61,258 nucleotides of DNA from a virus (lineage: Duplodnaviria > Caudoviricetes): the IMG/VR virus record IMGVR_UViG_3300035204_001041, positions 1-61,258 of that record; one strand, 5' to 3'. This document shows positions 35,221 through 43,682 of this stretch, in pieces. How positions within the stretch are numbered: position 1 is the first letter of the stretch; each line of letters begins with the position of its first letter. The notes under the pieces are model-generated. The model did no database searches. It was not told where the DNA came from and was given only the letters and a program-made list of their open reading frames with translations. The position numbers and the translations under genes are program-made.

Positions 35221-36504
35221 TCAGGTACCTTCTTCATCAATGACTCCCCAGGCATTTGTACCATTAGAAATCAGCCAGACTTTCCCGGCTGCGCTGGAGA
35301 TAGTTTTAGAAGTAGCCCCCCCAATAGTATCGCTACCAGCACGGTTGATTACACAAGTCCTACTAGCACCAGAGTTGATAGTTCCACTAAAATCTTGGAT
35401 GTAAAGCAAGAACCCAGGCCCAGCAGATGCGGCTGTTGGGAGGTTTAGGTTTACCGTGTTGGAGGAACAATCTGTATCGATCCAAGTATTGGCTGTGGTA
35501 AGGCTGGTGGGTCCAGCAGCAGCGATTGACGTGAATGCTTGGCGAATGCCTTGTGAATGAATGGATAACCCAGCAAGGCTAATGTTTTTAGAAGCTGCCG
35601 CAACAGAGACATTTCCAGAGCCGTCAGACGCAATCATCGAGTTTGTTGCAGCGTCAGCAAGAGTGTTGCCGCCAAGCTGCAAGTCTCCATCAATGCTAAG
35701 GTTTCCAGCACTGGTAAGAGTCATAACCTCAGCTTGAGTACCGTCTTCTGCAAGTTCAAACCGCATTTGCGCGTCGTGAGTGGCGTTGTCGGTCGTCCAC
35801 GACTGTTCTTTTACGATTTGGATTTTACCCGCTGGAAGATTCTGATCGTCGTCTGTATCGTTCAGATTGAACTGAATACCGACCATGGCTCCGGTGCCTG
35901 CTGTGTCATCGTTGTTTGTAAGCGTGATTCCAGTAAAATCGCCATTCACCACTTTAGCAGCCGTAATGGCATCGCCAGTACCTAATGTCCCGCTAACGCT
36001 GACGTTAGTAGGCAATCCGACAGTTACGGTAGTTCCAGAAACACTGGTATCAACTTCATTTGAAGTACCAGAAAAAGTGAGTGTCCCACTAGTGGTGATA
36101 GCGGTACCGGAACCGCTATCTGCCGCTGGGGTTACGCTCGTTACTGTACCGTTGTTGTCGGCAGCAATGGTAACTGTCGTGCCACTCACAGAAGTGGTGA
36201 TTCCTGTTCCACCAGTAGTTGTAAGCGTGCCGCTTGTAGTAATGGCACTACCGGATCCGCTATCAGCAGCGGGTGTGATGCTTGTGACTGTCCCAGACCC
36301 ACCACTCGCAGCGTCTGGGTCAGCGATCTTTACCCAAGAAGACCCGCCCCACTGATAGATGGCTGCTTTGCCGTCTCCATCGTCAAGTACCTCTCGAATG
36401 TCGCCCTGCTCGTTCCCACTTGTTGGCAGGTTACCAGGGGCAGCTACAGGCTCTTTCCATTGAGAAGAAGCTAAGGGCTTTGGTGGTGTTGTCCTGTTTG
36501 CCAT
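35221..36504 (-). CDS. Thr/Gly/Ser-rich virion fibre/adhesin-like protein
   Basis: Internal repeat GTVTS(I/V)TPAADSGSG.AITTSGTLT x2; C-terminal LPTA...IQD...AGSDTIGG fibre-type domain. Confidence 0.7.
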   Translation of the reverse strand: MANRTTPPKPLASSQWKEPVAAPGNLPTSGNEQGDIREVLDDGDGKAAIYQWGGSSWVKIADPDAASGGSGTVTSITPAADSGSGSAITTSGTLTTTGGTGITTSVSGTTVTIAADNNGTVTSVTPAADSGSGTAITTSGTLTFSGTSNEVDTSVSGTTVTVGLPTNVSVSGTLGTGDAITAAKVVNGDFTGITLTNNDDTAGTGAMVGIQFNLNDTDDDQNLPAGKIQIVKEQSWTTDNATHDAQMRFELAEDGTQAEVMTLTSAGNLSIDGDLQLGGNTLADAATNSMIASDGSGNVSVAAASKNISLAGLSIHSQGIRQAFTSIAAAGPTSLTTANTWIDTDCSSNTVNLNLPTAASAGPGFLLYIQDFSGTINSGASRTCVINRAGSDTIGGATSKTISSAAGKVWLISNGTNAWGVIDEEGT

Positions 36505-36512
36505 GTTGCCCC

Positions 36513-36920
36513 CTAATCTACAGCTTCAACATCAAGGCTGATGGCAATAGTGTGGTCTGCTGTTGAATCGTCTACTTTGACAGCTACGATAAGTTTCCCT
36601 AATGGCCCTGTCATTTCAGAACCAGAGGCGGTAACTGCATAAAAAAGCGGGCCAACCGACAAGTCATCATCAAGTGGTTCTGACTGCAAAGGGTAAGCAG
36701 CAACTACTGCATTTCCAGTACCACCAGAACTTTCTCTGATTTCCAAAGCAACTTGGTTGATGCTTGTACCTGCCGTGACGTCAGCGCGAATGCGCCTAAT
36801 CAGGCCCTTTTGTGGAACAGTGACCTCCACTTCTTGGAAGCTATCCGCTACACTTGTTCCAGTTCCAGTTGCATGTCTAATAGATAGGCGAGAGCCGCCA
36901 GCAGGACGTGGGTTCCCCAT
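36513..36920 (-). CDS. Beta-rich hypothetical (possibly virion) protein
   Basis: Start placed at ATG 36920 behind GGAGG. Confidence 0.7.
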   Translation of the reverse strand: MGNPRPAGGSRLSIRHATGTGTSVADSFQEVEVTVPQKGLIRRIRADVTAGTSINQVALEIRESSGGTGNAVVAAYPLQSEPLDDDLSVGPLFYAVTASGSEMTGPLGKLIVAVKVDDSTADHTIAISLDVEAVD

Positions 36921-36974
36921 TTGTACCTCCAAGATATTCGAATCATATCAGCGACTAAGCTTTGAGGCGAGTAC

Positions 36975-37385
36975 CTATTCTTGTTGTGTTTGGTAAAGCT
37001 GGTAGGCGACTAATCCAATCAGCACACCAACAGCAGCGCCTTCAGCCCTGCCCAGCCACCTGTTCACTACTGGTTGCTCCATGAATGGAGTAGGCGTATT
37101 GATGATTTCTTGAAGCTTCTGGTTGTCCTCTTGTAGCTGATCAAGCTCTACAGTACAGACTGTGTGCAACTGGTTCGCGTAGATTTTGTAGTTCATCAAA
37201 TCAGCGCCATCAGAGGTCGGGAAGCAGATCGCCCCACAGTTAGCAATGTTTTCCTCTGAAAACCCAGAAGGCAAAGAAACACCTGCTTGTGCGGGATACG
37301 CTTTGGCGCATTGGTTTATCACTGGATTATGTGGGGCCGGAAGATCGGGGATTTCGGCAAGTAGTGAAAACAGTACAAAGATCAT
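36975..37385 (-). CDS. Lysis-cassette membrane protein (possible spanin-like component)
   Basis: N-terminal hydrophobic segment, coiled coil, C-terminal TM; downstream of endolysin and holin. Confidence 0.5.
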   Translation of the reverse strand: MIFVLFSLLAEIPDLPAPHNPVINQCAKAYPAQAGVSLPSGFSEENIANCGAICFPTSDGADLMNYKIYANQLHTVCTVELDQLQEDNQKLQEIINTPTPFMEQPVVNRWLGRAEGAAVGVLIGLVAYQLYQTQQE

Positions 37386-37651
37386 GGCTTTTTCTCAGTA
37401 TTCCAGAGCGCCGCTAAGGCTTCTTCTGGAGAGTCTTCTTCAACTGCTTCCACAACAGCCTTTGTGGCTACCTCTGCTTTTATGTTTGCTTCTGCCTTCT
37501 GATTAGCCGCATGTTGCTCAGCAGCCCGATCTGTTGGTAGCGCCGCCTTTTTAGCTTTACCCCCAGAAAAATAGGCGCTGACGGCCTTTAGGAGAGCCAT
37601 CAAGCCCCCAGCCGCCAGCGCCCCAATGGCTAGTAGTGCGCCATCACGCAT
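37382..37651 (-). CDS. N-terminal TM + helical protein (possible i-spanin-like)
   Basis: MRDGALLAIGALAAGGLMALL then an Ala/Lys/Glu helix; start placed at 37651. Confidence 0.5.
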   Translation of the reverse strand: MRDGALLAIGALAAGGLMALLKAVSAYFSGGKAKKAALPTDRAAEQHAANQKAEANIKAEVATKAVVEAVEEDSPEEALAALWNTEKKP

Positions 37652-37652
37652 C

Positions 37653-37892
37653 TTACTCAGCCTTCTCTTCCGGCTCCTCCGGTTTTTCTTCTGGAGCCTC
37701 TTCCACAACGGCTTGTTCAGCCGGTGCTGCGGGTGCTACCACCTCTTCAGCCTCTTCTTCTACGCACTCTTCGCAACACGAAGTAAGCAACATAGAAGAA
37801 GCCATAATGAAGAGGATTGCGATCCAAATCAGTTTTGAGTGAATCTCATTAATTCTCTGCATGTCATCTCCCCGGTTCAAAAAACCATTCAA
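37653..37892 (-). CDS. Acidic putative lipoprotein
   Basis: Hydrophobic stretch ending LLTSC, then a Glu/Ala/Pro-rich tail; start may be 37862. Confidence 0.55.
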   Translation of the reverse strand: MNGFLNRGDDMQRINEIHSKLIWIAILFIMASSMLLTSCCEECVEEEAEEVVAPAAPAEQAVVEEAPEEKPEEPEEKAE

Positions 37893-37897
37893 GCAGA

Positions 37898-38116
37898 TTA
37901 GGCTTCTGGTGCCGGTGGTGGAGCACCTTCAAGGGCCTTACCGTCAACGTAGCCTTGGCCAAACAAGTAAGCTGCGACGACACCAGCACTAAGCTGGAGC
38001 GCCTCGCCAAGCTGTACTTCTTCGCTGAAGAACTGTGCTGCGACAGGCATTAGGGCACCCAACAGGGCAAACCAGAATTTTCGACTTTTCAATTTTTCGG
38101 GCATCTTTTTCTCCAA
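37898..38116 (-). CDS. Holin (two TM helices)
   Basis: KLKSRKFW..LLG...AYLFGQGYVD pattern; adjacent to the endolysin. Confidence 0.75.
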   Translation of the reverse strand: MEKKMPEKLKSRKFWFALLGALMPVAAQFFSEEVQLGEALQLSAGVVAAYLFGQGYVDGKALEGAPPPAPEA

Positions 38117-38154
38117 AAGCCACTACTGGCTTAGAAGTTATAGGACAATTCCGG

Positions 38155-38952
38155 CTAAAGATCACCCTCTGTGATGAGCGTGTAAGTAAATACTTCGGCT
38201 TTAGACGCCTTCCAAATACTTACAGCTTCCTTCCAGTCAGCCAGCCGTGCAAACACTTGGCAACCGGCTGACCACTTGTCCACACGGGTAGAGTTCTCTC
38301 CAGCATGGTGTAGGTTTACACCGTACCAGCCCTCTACGCCTTCATCGTGGCCCCAGTCTAGAATGTTGTCCCTATTCCCGTCACGCCAAACCCGGATAGG
38401 TGCTGCACGTTGGCACAAAGTTTCATACTTTCCGCGATGCATGTCCCATTTGTAAGCACGGTATTGGCCGGGAACCAAGATAGCAGTGCCAGCAGCACGC
38501 CCATAAACTTCTGGGTGCTCAAGGCAGTAAGCCCCTGGGTCCGTTGTGCAACGGTATTTGTGGTGTTGCCAAAGGTTGTTCTTGACCCAAATCAAATGCA
38601 TCTCATCATCAAAGCTATTTGAAATTGGGTTTTTAGAGCGCACGCCAATCGTGTTGATTTGGCCATCGGTGTAAACCTCATAGCCTTTCTTTTTTAGCAC
38701 TTCGATAATGGCTGGGGGATCGTCACTAACTTCTGGTTGTTTAGGGGGATCTGCATCTCTCAAAGCAGACAATGTGTTTGGGCCTACGATCCCATCTACA
38801 CCAAGCCCTTTGCTCTTCTGGAAACGCTTTACAGACTTTTCCGTACCACTACCAAAGATGCCATCGACACCCACTTGCCCAAAGCCTCTATCATTCAATA
38901 GCGCTTGAACCTCTTTTACATTCTCACCACGATTACCGTATTTGATCAGCAT
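38155..38952 (-). CDS. Endolysin: PG-binding domain + YkuD/L,D-transpeptidase-like catalytic domain
   Basis: VDGIFGSGTEKSVKRFQ...DGIVGPNT; C-terminal GVNLHH...WSAGCQV. Confidence 0.8.
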   Translation of the reverse strand: MLIKYGNRGENVKEVQALLNDRGFGQVGVDGIFGSGTEKSVKRFQKSKGLGVDGIVGPNTLSALRDADPPKQPEVSDDPPAIIEVLKKKGYEVYTDGQINTIGVRSKNPISNSFDDEMHLIWVKNNLWQHHKYRCTTDPGAYCLEHPEVYGRAAGTAILVPGQYRAYKWDMHRGKYETLCQRAAPIRVWRDGNRDNILDWGHDEGVEGWYGVNLHHAGENSTRVDKWSAGCQVFARLADWKEAVSIWKASKAEVFTYTLITEGDL

Positions 38953-39112
38953 TGATAGTGTCTTCTTCAGTTTTTACTTTTACGCCGTTGGCGTGGCGGT
39001 GGCCATTCTTTCTCTTCTTTTCCAGGCCGGTAAGTTCTACCTGTGCGGCTTTTAATTCACACGTTGCTGCGTCTAAGAGAGCCAGTACCTTTAGGCAGTC
39101 ATCACGTCGCAT
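38933..39112 (-). CDS. 59-aa hypothetical protein, absent from ORF track
   Basis: Translated by hand (MRRDDCLKVLALLD...); fills the gap and overlaps both neighbours. Confidence 0.5.
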   Translation of the reverse strand: MRRDDCLKVLALLDAATCELKAAQVELTGLEKKRKNGHRHANGVKVKTEEDTINADQIR

Positions 39113-39422
39113 CCTGTTTACCTATTTCTCTGATTTCCTCTGCAAGCGTTGTAAGTATTGACTCGACTGCTTGGAGTTTTTCTTCGATTCGTATAAGGGC
39201 ATTTTCATCGGCTCGCTGTAAAACCTCTACTTTCGTAAGCCTTTCTAAAACATTAGCTCCGTCTACTCTATCACGGAATGATCTCAAAGAGTCTATTTGA
39301 TCGCGAGAGTCCTTTAGCCACGATTTAGCCTCCGTTTTATTCCGCGCTGCTATCTTGTCTGCGGCGACGTACATACTTACGAGAAGCGCCGCCCCAGCTA
39401 GTATCAGATCCATTTGTTCCAT
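39102..39422 (-). CDS. N-terminal TM + coiled-coil protein
   Basis: 106 aa, upstream of the endolysin. Confidence 0.7.
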   Translation of the reverse strand: MEQMDLILAGAALLVSMYVAADKIAARNKTEAKSWLKDSRDQIDSLRSFRDRVDGANVLERLTKVEVLQRADENALIRIEEKLQAVESILTTLAEEIREIGKQDAT

Positions 39423-39732
39423 TGTCTGATTGCTCCCCGTTTACTTCTTGCTCGACTGTTGGAACAACATCCACAGCTTCTGTTTCTATTTCTACCTGTT
39501 GTGTTGGTTCTTGTTGGGCAGGCTCTTGGTGGTTTCCTTCACAAATGAAAGAAATCTCTTCTTTTTTGATCACCAATGTGTCTACCGAAATGGTTGGGAA
39601 TGCAGCATCCCCAACACCTATGACGTTGTAAAGTACCAAGTGCGACGAGAGGAGTTGATGTTCCCCCATCTGATCAGCACAAACAGTAACGACTCCATCT
39701 TGAGCCTCCCATCGCACAAGGACTTTACGCAT
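39337..39732 (-). CDS. Hypothetical protein
   Basis: 131 aa, follows the fibre gene. Confidence 0.65.
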   Translation of the reverse strand: MRKVLVRWEAQDGVVTVCADQMGEHQLLSSHLVLYNVIGVGDAAFPTISVDTLVIKKEEISFICEGNHQEPAQQEPTQQVEIETEAVDVVPTVEQEVNGEQSDNGTNGSDTSWGGASRKYVRRRRQDSSAE

Positions 39733-39734
39733 GA

Positions 39735-41519
39735 TTATGCCCAGTATTGGACGTAGAGCACGTCGCCGGATTCTGGAGCAGAACCAAAGGTGACTTGGGT
39801 AGCAGACCCGTTGTCAGCGATTTGGTACTCATCAATGTCATCAGCACCAGAAGACACCTGGGTCAACAACTGACCGTTCCGGGCCACCACTGCAACTCGC
39901 CAACCAGCTTTGAGAATCCGGGTGGTAAGATTGAACACAGTAGCAGTTCCGTCACCTGAAAACTCGTCATAACGAGGAGCAAACGACACCATGCCTGGCT
40001 CAACTGCATCGGAAGCAATGGTCACAGCACCAGTAGAAGCCATGGTAGCGTCTCCGCTCATTGCGACAGGGCCGTAGGCTGACCCATCAGCTACCAGGAA
40101 ATGCCCAGCGGTGTTGGTGGCCATACTCAAGTCATTACCAGCGATGGTCAAATCACCATTGATGGTCGCGTTAGCGCCATTAAGCGTGATTGCTGCGGCC
40201 CCGGTAGAGGAAGCAATGTTGTTTCCTGTCACTTGCAAGTTTCCGGTCACTGCGCTGTTTCCAGAAGAATCGAAGGTGATGCAAGCAGTGCCATCATTGT
40301 CAGCGATAGTGTTTCCGTTGACCTGAAGGTCACCAGTAACAATGGTATCGCAACCACCACCAAGAGTCAGATTGACGCTTGCGGTAGCCATGCTTGCGCC
40401 GATTGTGGCGGAAGCATCAGTGAAGTCAATGCCAGTCATTCCTGCAAGGGTAGTGCTAGACGCACCCAAGGAAACGGCAGTGCTTCCGATGGTAACTGCG
40501 GAGTTCGACAACTTTCCATTTGCAATGCTGCCAGCCAACTGGGCATTCGTAATGGTTCCGGTCAGGCTTGACGTAGGGTAGCCCGTCGCGTCAGCGAGAT
40601 TGAATGCTGGGGTAGCATCGGATGCACCCAGGGCCAAACTAACACCACCAAATGAAACGCTGGAGTTTGCCAGTTTGTCGTTCGCAATAGAACCAGCAAG
40701 CTTGTCGTTGGAAATAGATCCAGCCAACTGAGCATTGGTGATAGTTCCACTGAGGCTCGACGTGGGGTAGTTGGTTGCATCTGACAAGTTGAATGCAGGC
40801 GTGGCATCTGTGGCACCGAGAGCAAGGGTAACCCCACCGATAGCGATGCTGCTATTAGCCAGCTTGGCGTTGGCAATGGAGCCACCGAGCATTGCGTTGG
40901 TGATTCCAGAAGCCTTCACGCGAAGTGCATCAGCGTTGATTTCAAGCGAGGAGTCGTCTACATTGACAGAAAGGGTATTGCCGCTTTTAGCAAGACCATT
41001 TCCAGCAACAATCGAACCAGCGCCGGAGAACTGGGCAAAGGTGATAGCAGTTGTGCCGACAGTCGGGTTGGTGTCGTTTGTGCAGACCCAGCCCGAATCA
41101 GCGTTTACCGTACCACCACGAACGAAAAGCGCCGCGCCTGGGAACTCGCTTGCTTCATCCATGTCGTCTGTGCGGGACCATGCACCGGCTTTGACAGCAT
41201 AGATTCCGTTTTCGGCTCCAGAAGTTTGATCCTTGACCAGAATACGGTCGTCAGCACTAAGGGCGACGCCATCGACAGTCTGTGTTCCCGACAATGTCAG
41301 GTTTGCTGTACTTGCTGCTTTTACCGAGTCTTTCCAGTGAAGGCCGGAAGCAACAGCATCAACATACGACTTCCGAACAAGGTCGTTTGCCGCAGATGGG
41401 TCTTTTGCCCATTGAAGTGTTGCGCCAGAAGTAAAAGCGTAAGAACCGCCGTCAAGCTTGACCTTGTCTGCTGTGACCGCGTCGTTCTTAATTTGGGATG
41501 TGACGAATTGTAGAGCCAT
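39735..41519 (-). CDS. Tail fibre-like virion protein with internal repeats
   Basis: KSYVD...WKDSV...ANLTLSGTQTVDGV...RILVKDQT...ENGIY domain; repeated GSIAN.KLANSS...ATPAFNL.DAT.YPTSSL; start placed at 41519. Confidence 0.75.
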   Translation of the reverse strand: MALQFVTSQIKNDAVTADKVKLDGGSYAFTSGATLQWAKDPSAANDLVRKSYVDAVASGLHWKDSVKAASTANLTLSGTQTVDGVALSADDRILVKDQTSGAENGIYAVKAGAWSRTDDMDEASEFPGAALFVRGGTVNADSGWVCTNDTNPTVGTTAITFAQFSGAGSIVAGNGLAKSGNTLSVNVDDSSLEINADALRVKASGITNAMLGGSIANAKLANSSIAIGGVTLALGATDATPAFNLSDATNYPTSSLSGTITNAQLAGSISNDKLAGSIANDKLANSSVSFGGVSLALGASDATPAFNLADATGYPTSSLTGTITNAQLAGSIANGKLSNSAVTIGSTAVSLGASSTTLAGMTGIDFTDASATIGASMATASVNLTLGGGCDTIVTGDLQVNGNTIADNDGTACITFDSSGNSAVTGNLQVTGNNIASSTGAAAITLNGANATINGDLTIAGNDLSMATNTAGHFLVADGSAYGPVAMSGDATMASTGAVTIASDAVEPGMVSFAPRYDEFSGDGTATVFNLTTRILKAGWRVAVVARNGQLLTQVSSGADDIDEYQIADNGSATQVTFGSAPESGDVLYVQYWA

Positions 41520-41618
41520 TGTACTACTCCAGTAGTGTAGTGGGGTAAAATTGCAGTGGAATACTGCAACCAATAAATATCAGAAGTTAGGCGTACTTGG
41601 CACCTGCTTTTTAATTTT

Positions 41619-42005
41619 TCAGCTAGCGGGTTCGTATACTGCCACAAGGATTGATCCAGAAGGCGCAGCTTCACCAAACTGAGTACTGAACGTATTTGCA
41701 CTTTGAACAGTGACTTCTTTGCCTGATCCAGTTCGTTGCCTGGCCCCATTGAAGTAAACAACCAAGCTGGTTCCTACAAAATTTTGCTCTGTAGTAAACA
41801 ATGTTCTCTCACTGTCCACTTGTGCAGTAAGATCTTCTTCTACTGTAGCCGGTGCCCCGCCATCGGCTGCGGGGTACCAAGCTTGATTGCTTGAGTCCCA
41901 TTTAAGGACATACCCATTGGTGGTTGCGCCAGTGACATCATCGCGCAATTTAGGTGCATGGTTGGCGCGATTTAGAAGAACAAGCCTTTCTTTTTCAGCA
42001 GCCAT
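41619..42005 (-). CDS. Small virion/tail-associated protein
   Basis: GYVLKWD...WYPA and LVVYFNGARQ; C-terminal domain resembles the C-terminus of the fibre gene. Confidence 0.65.
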   Translation of the reverse strand: MAAEKERLVLLNRANHAPKLRDDVTGATTNGYVLKWDSSNQAWYPAADGGAPATVEEDLTAQVDSERTLFTTEQNFVGTSLVVYFNGARQRTGSGKEVTVQSANTFSTQFGEAAPSGSILVAVYEPAS

Positions 42006-42015
42006 ATGCCCTGCT

Positions 42016-43680
42016 CTACACTGATGAAGTGGAAACTTGCCCACCTAGTTTAGAATAATAGGGCGACCAAACCCTAATGCCTAGAACAACCAAGCCGGTT
42101 GTGTAAGTAATAGATACAACTGTTGCTGCCATCTCTTCCCAAGAAAAGTCTGAGTCGGTGAGCTTTATGTTATCGCCCAAAGATACAGAGAATAAAGCCG
42201 AGGCTATACATTCGTATTCTACATAATACGATGGCAAAGCCAAGTGGGAAACCAGCCAGTCTAGTACAATGCCTGCGGTATTATCGTCGTTGATATAGGG
42301 GCACTGTATCGTTTCGTGTTGGCGCATCCCTATATTCTGTGTGCTTATTTGGCAGATTGGATTGTTTGTGTGGTCTGCTACCGCTACTCCCTCGTAAACA
42401 TCTTCCATTGCATTGAACTTGTACTCAACGGTAAAGCTGTTGTAGCACTTGTTTTTAGCTTGTTCTGCAATAGCAGTAGACCTGTGCATCACTGGATACG
42501 CTTGAGCATTCAATGTGAAACCAGACTTTGGGCCATTCCTGTCAATGACAACAGGCCCATACCCGCCAATCATCCACGCCATGCTGACCATTGGAAAGTT
42601 TGCAAGCAACCCAGTTTCAATGAACGATAAAGTGCCAGCATCATTGTTAGAGCCAGAGTTAACCAAGGTAGTAGCCGCCATAGACGCACACCTTGAGATG
42701 CTCCTTGTAAAAGCATGATAGTTGATGCTTGCTTTAGAAAAAGCAGTGTAGTTCTCAACTAAGTAAAGCGCCTGGCTCACTGGGTTTGGAGTAGAGTCAC
42801 CACCCCTAACTTCCACATAAACTGATTCCGTGTAGTCAGTTGAGGGGTTGTTTGTAAGCTCTACCCCTATGTATGGGACACCATCTGAATCTGAGCTAAA
42901 CACAGACCACCCGTAAGTAATGTCGCCTGTTCCGTAGCCAACACCATCTACATAAATCTGATCTGAACCACCCGTATCAATCACCGCATTGCCTAAACAC
43001 GCCATTAGTCTTTGTGTCCCACTTGCGCCGATTGTCCACACACAAGGAACATACTCGTACTTGTTCAAGACAATAGGGAATCTAAACCCAATAGATTCTT
43101 TAGGCGCTGATGGGAACTTTTTTTCGTCTACGACATACGGTGGCAAAGACAGGTCCATTGACTCTTTTGGATCTGTAATGCTGAACTCTACTGTCCCTCC
43201 ACCTTCATTTGAAAACGTAACCCCATCATCCATTTCACCGCGCATCATTACAATGCGGTTGTCATAATCACCGCCATCATATTGAAGAGATACCTCAGCT
43301 ACGCCAGCCAGCAACCGGCCATTGCCAATAATGGAAGATGCGTCTACCAACTCATTAGGCAGAAGGAACGAGAATGATCTGGCAGAGCTACTACTGTCAC
43401 CAAGATCAACTCTAGTTGAGATCGAAGGTTCATCACCCATTACTGGGAGGTAGTTGTAAGACTTTCCAGTAGATGAAGAGGTAGTGCTACAAGCCCTGCT
43501 TGAAATAAACACTCGCTTGTCCACGCCAAAAACAACGTCAATACACACGATCAAACCGCGAAGATCTGGGTCTACTCTTAGGTAGTCCAGCCAATAGGTA
43601 GTGATCGGCCCTTGGCCTGAGTATTCAGTTGAATCCCAAACCCTAAAAGCTGGGTGATCTGTGTAAAGCGTAGAAGACAC
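42016..43680 (-). CDS. Tail tip / baseplate hub-like protein
   Basis: 554 aa, second gene after the tape measure; C-terminal LGDNIKLTD...ATVVSITY typical of hub proteins. Confidence 0.6.
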   Translation of the reverse strand: MSSTLYTDHPAFRVWDSTEYSGQGPITTYWLDYLRVDPDLRGLIVCIDVVFGVDKRVFISSRACSTTSSSTGKSYNYLPVMGDEPSISTRVDLGDSSSSARSFSFLLPNELVDASSIIGNGRLLAGVAEVSLQYDGGDYDNRIVMMRGEMDDGVTFSNEGGGTVEFSITDPKESMDLSLPPYVVDEKKFPSAPKESIGFRFPIVLNKYEYVPCVWTIGASGTQRLMACLGNAVIDTGGSDQIYVDGVGYGTGDITYGWSVFSSDSDGVPYIGVELTNNPSTDYTESVYVEVRGGDSTPNPVSQALYLVENYTAFSKASINYHAFTRSISRCASMAATTLVNSGSNNDAGTLSFIETGLLANFPMVSMAWMIGGYGPVVIDRNGPKSGFTLNAQAYPVMHRSTAIAEQAKNKCYNSFTVEYKFNAMEDVYEGVAVADHTNNPICQISTQNIGMRQHETIQCPYINDDNTAGIVLDWLVSHLALPSYYVEYECIASALFSVSLGDNIKLTDSDFSWEEMAATVVSITYTTGLVVLGIRVWSPYYSKLGGQVSTSSV

Positions 43681-43682
43681 CC

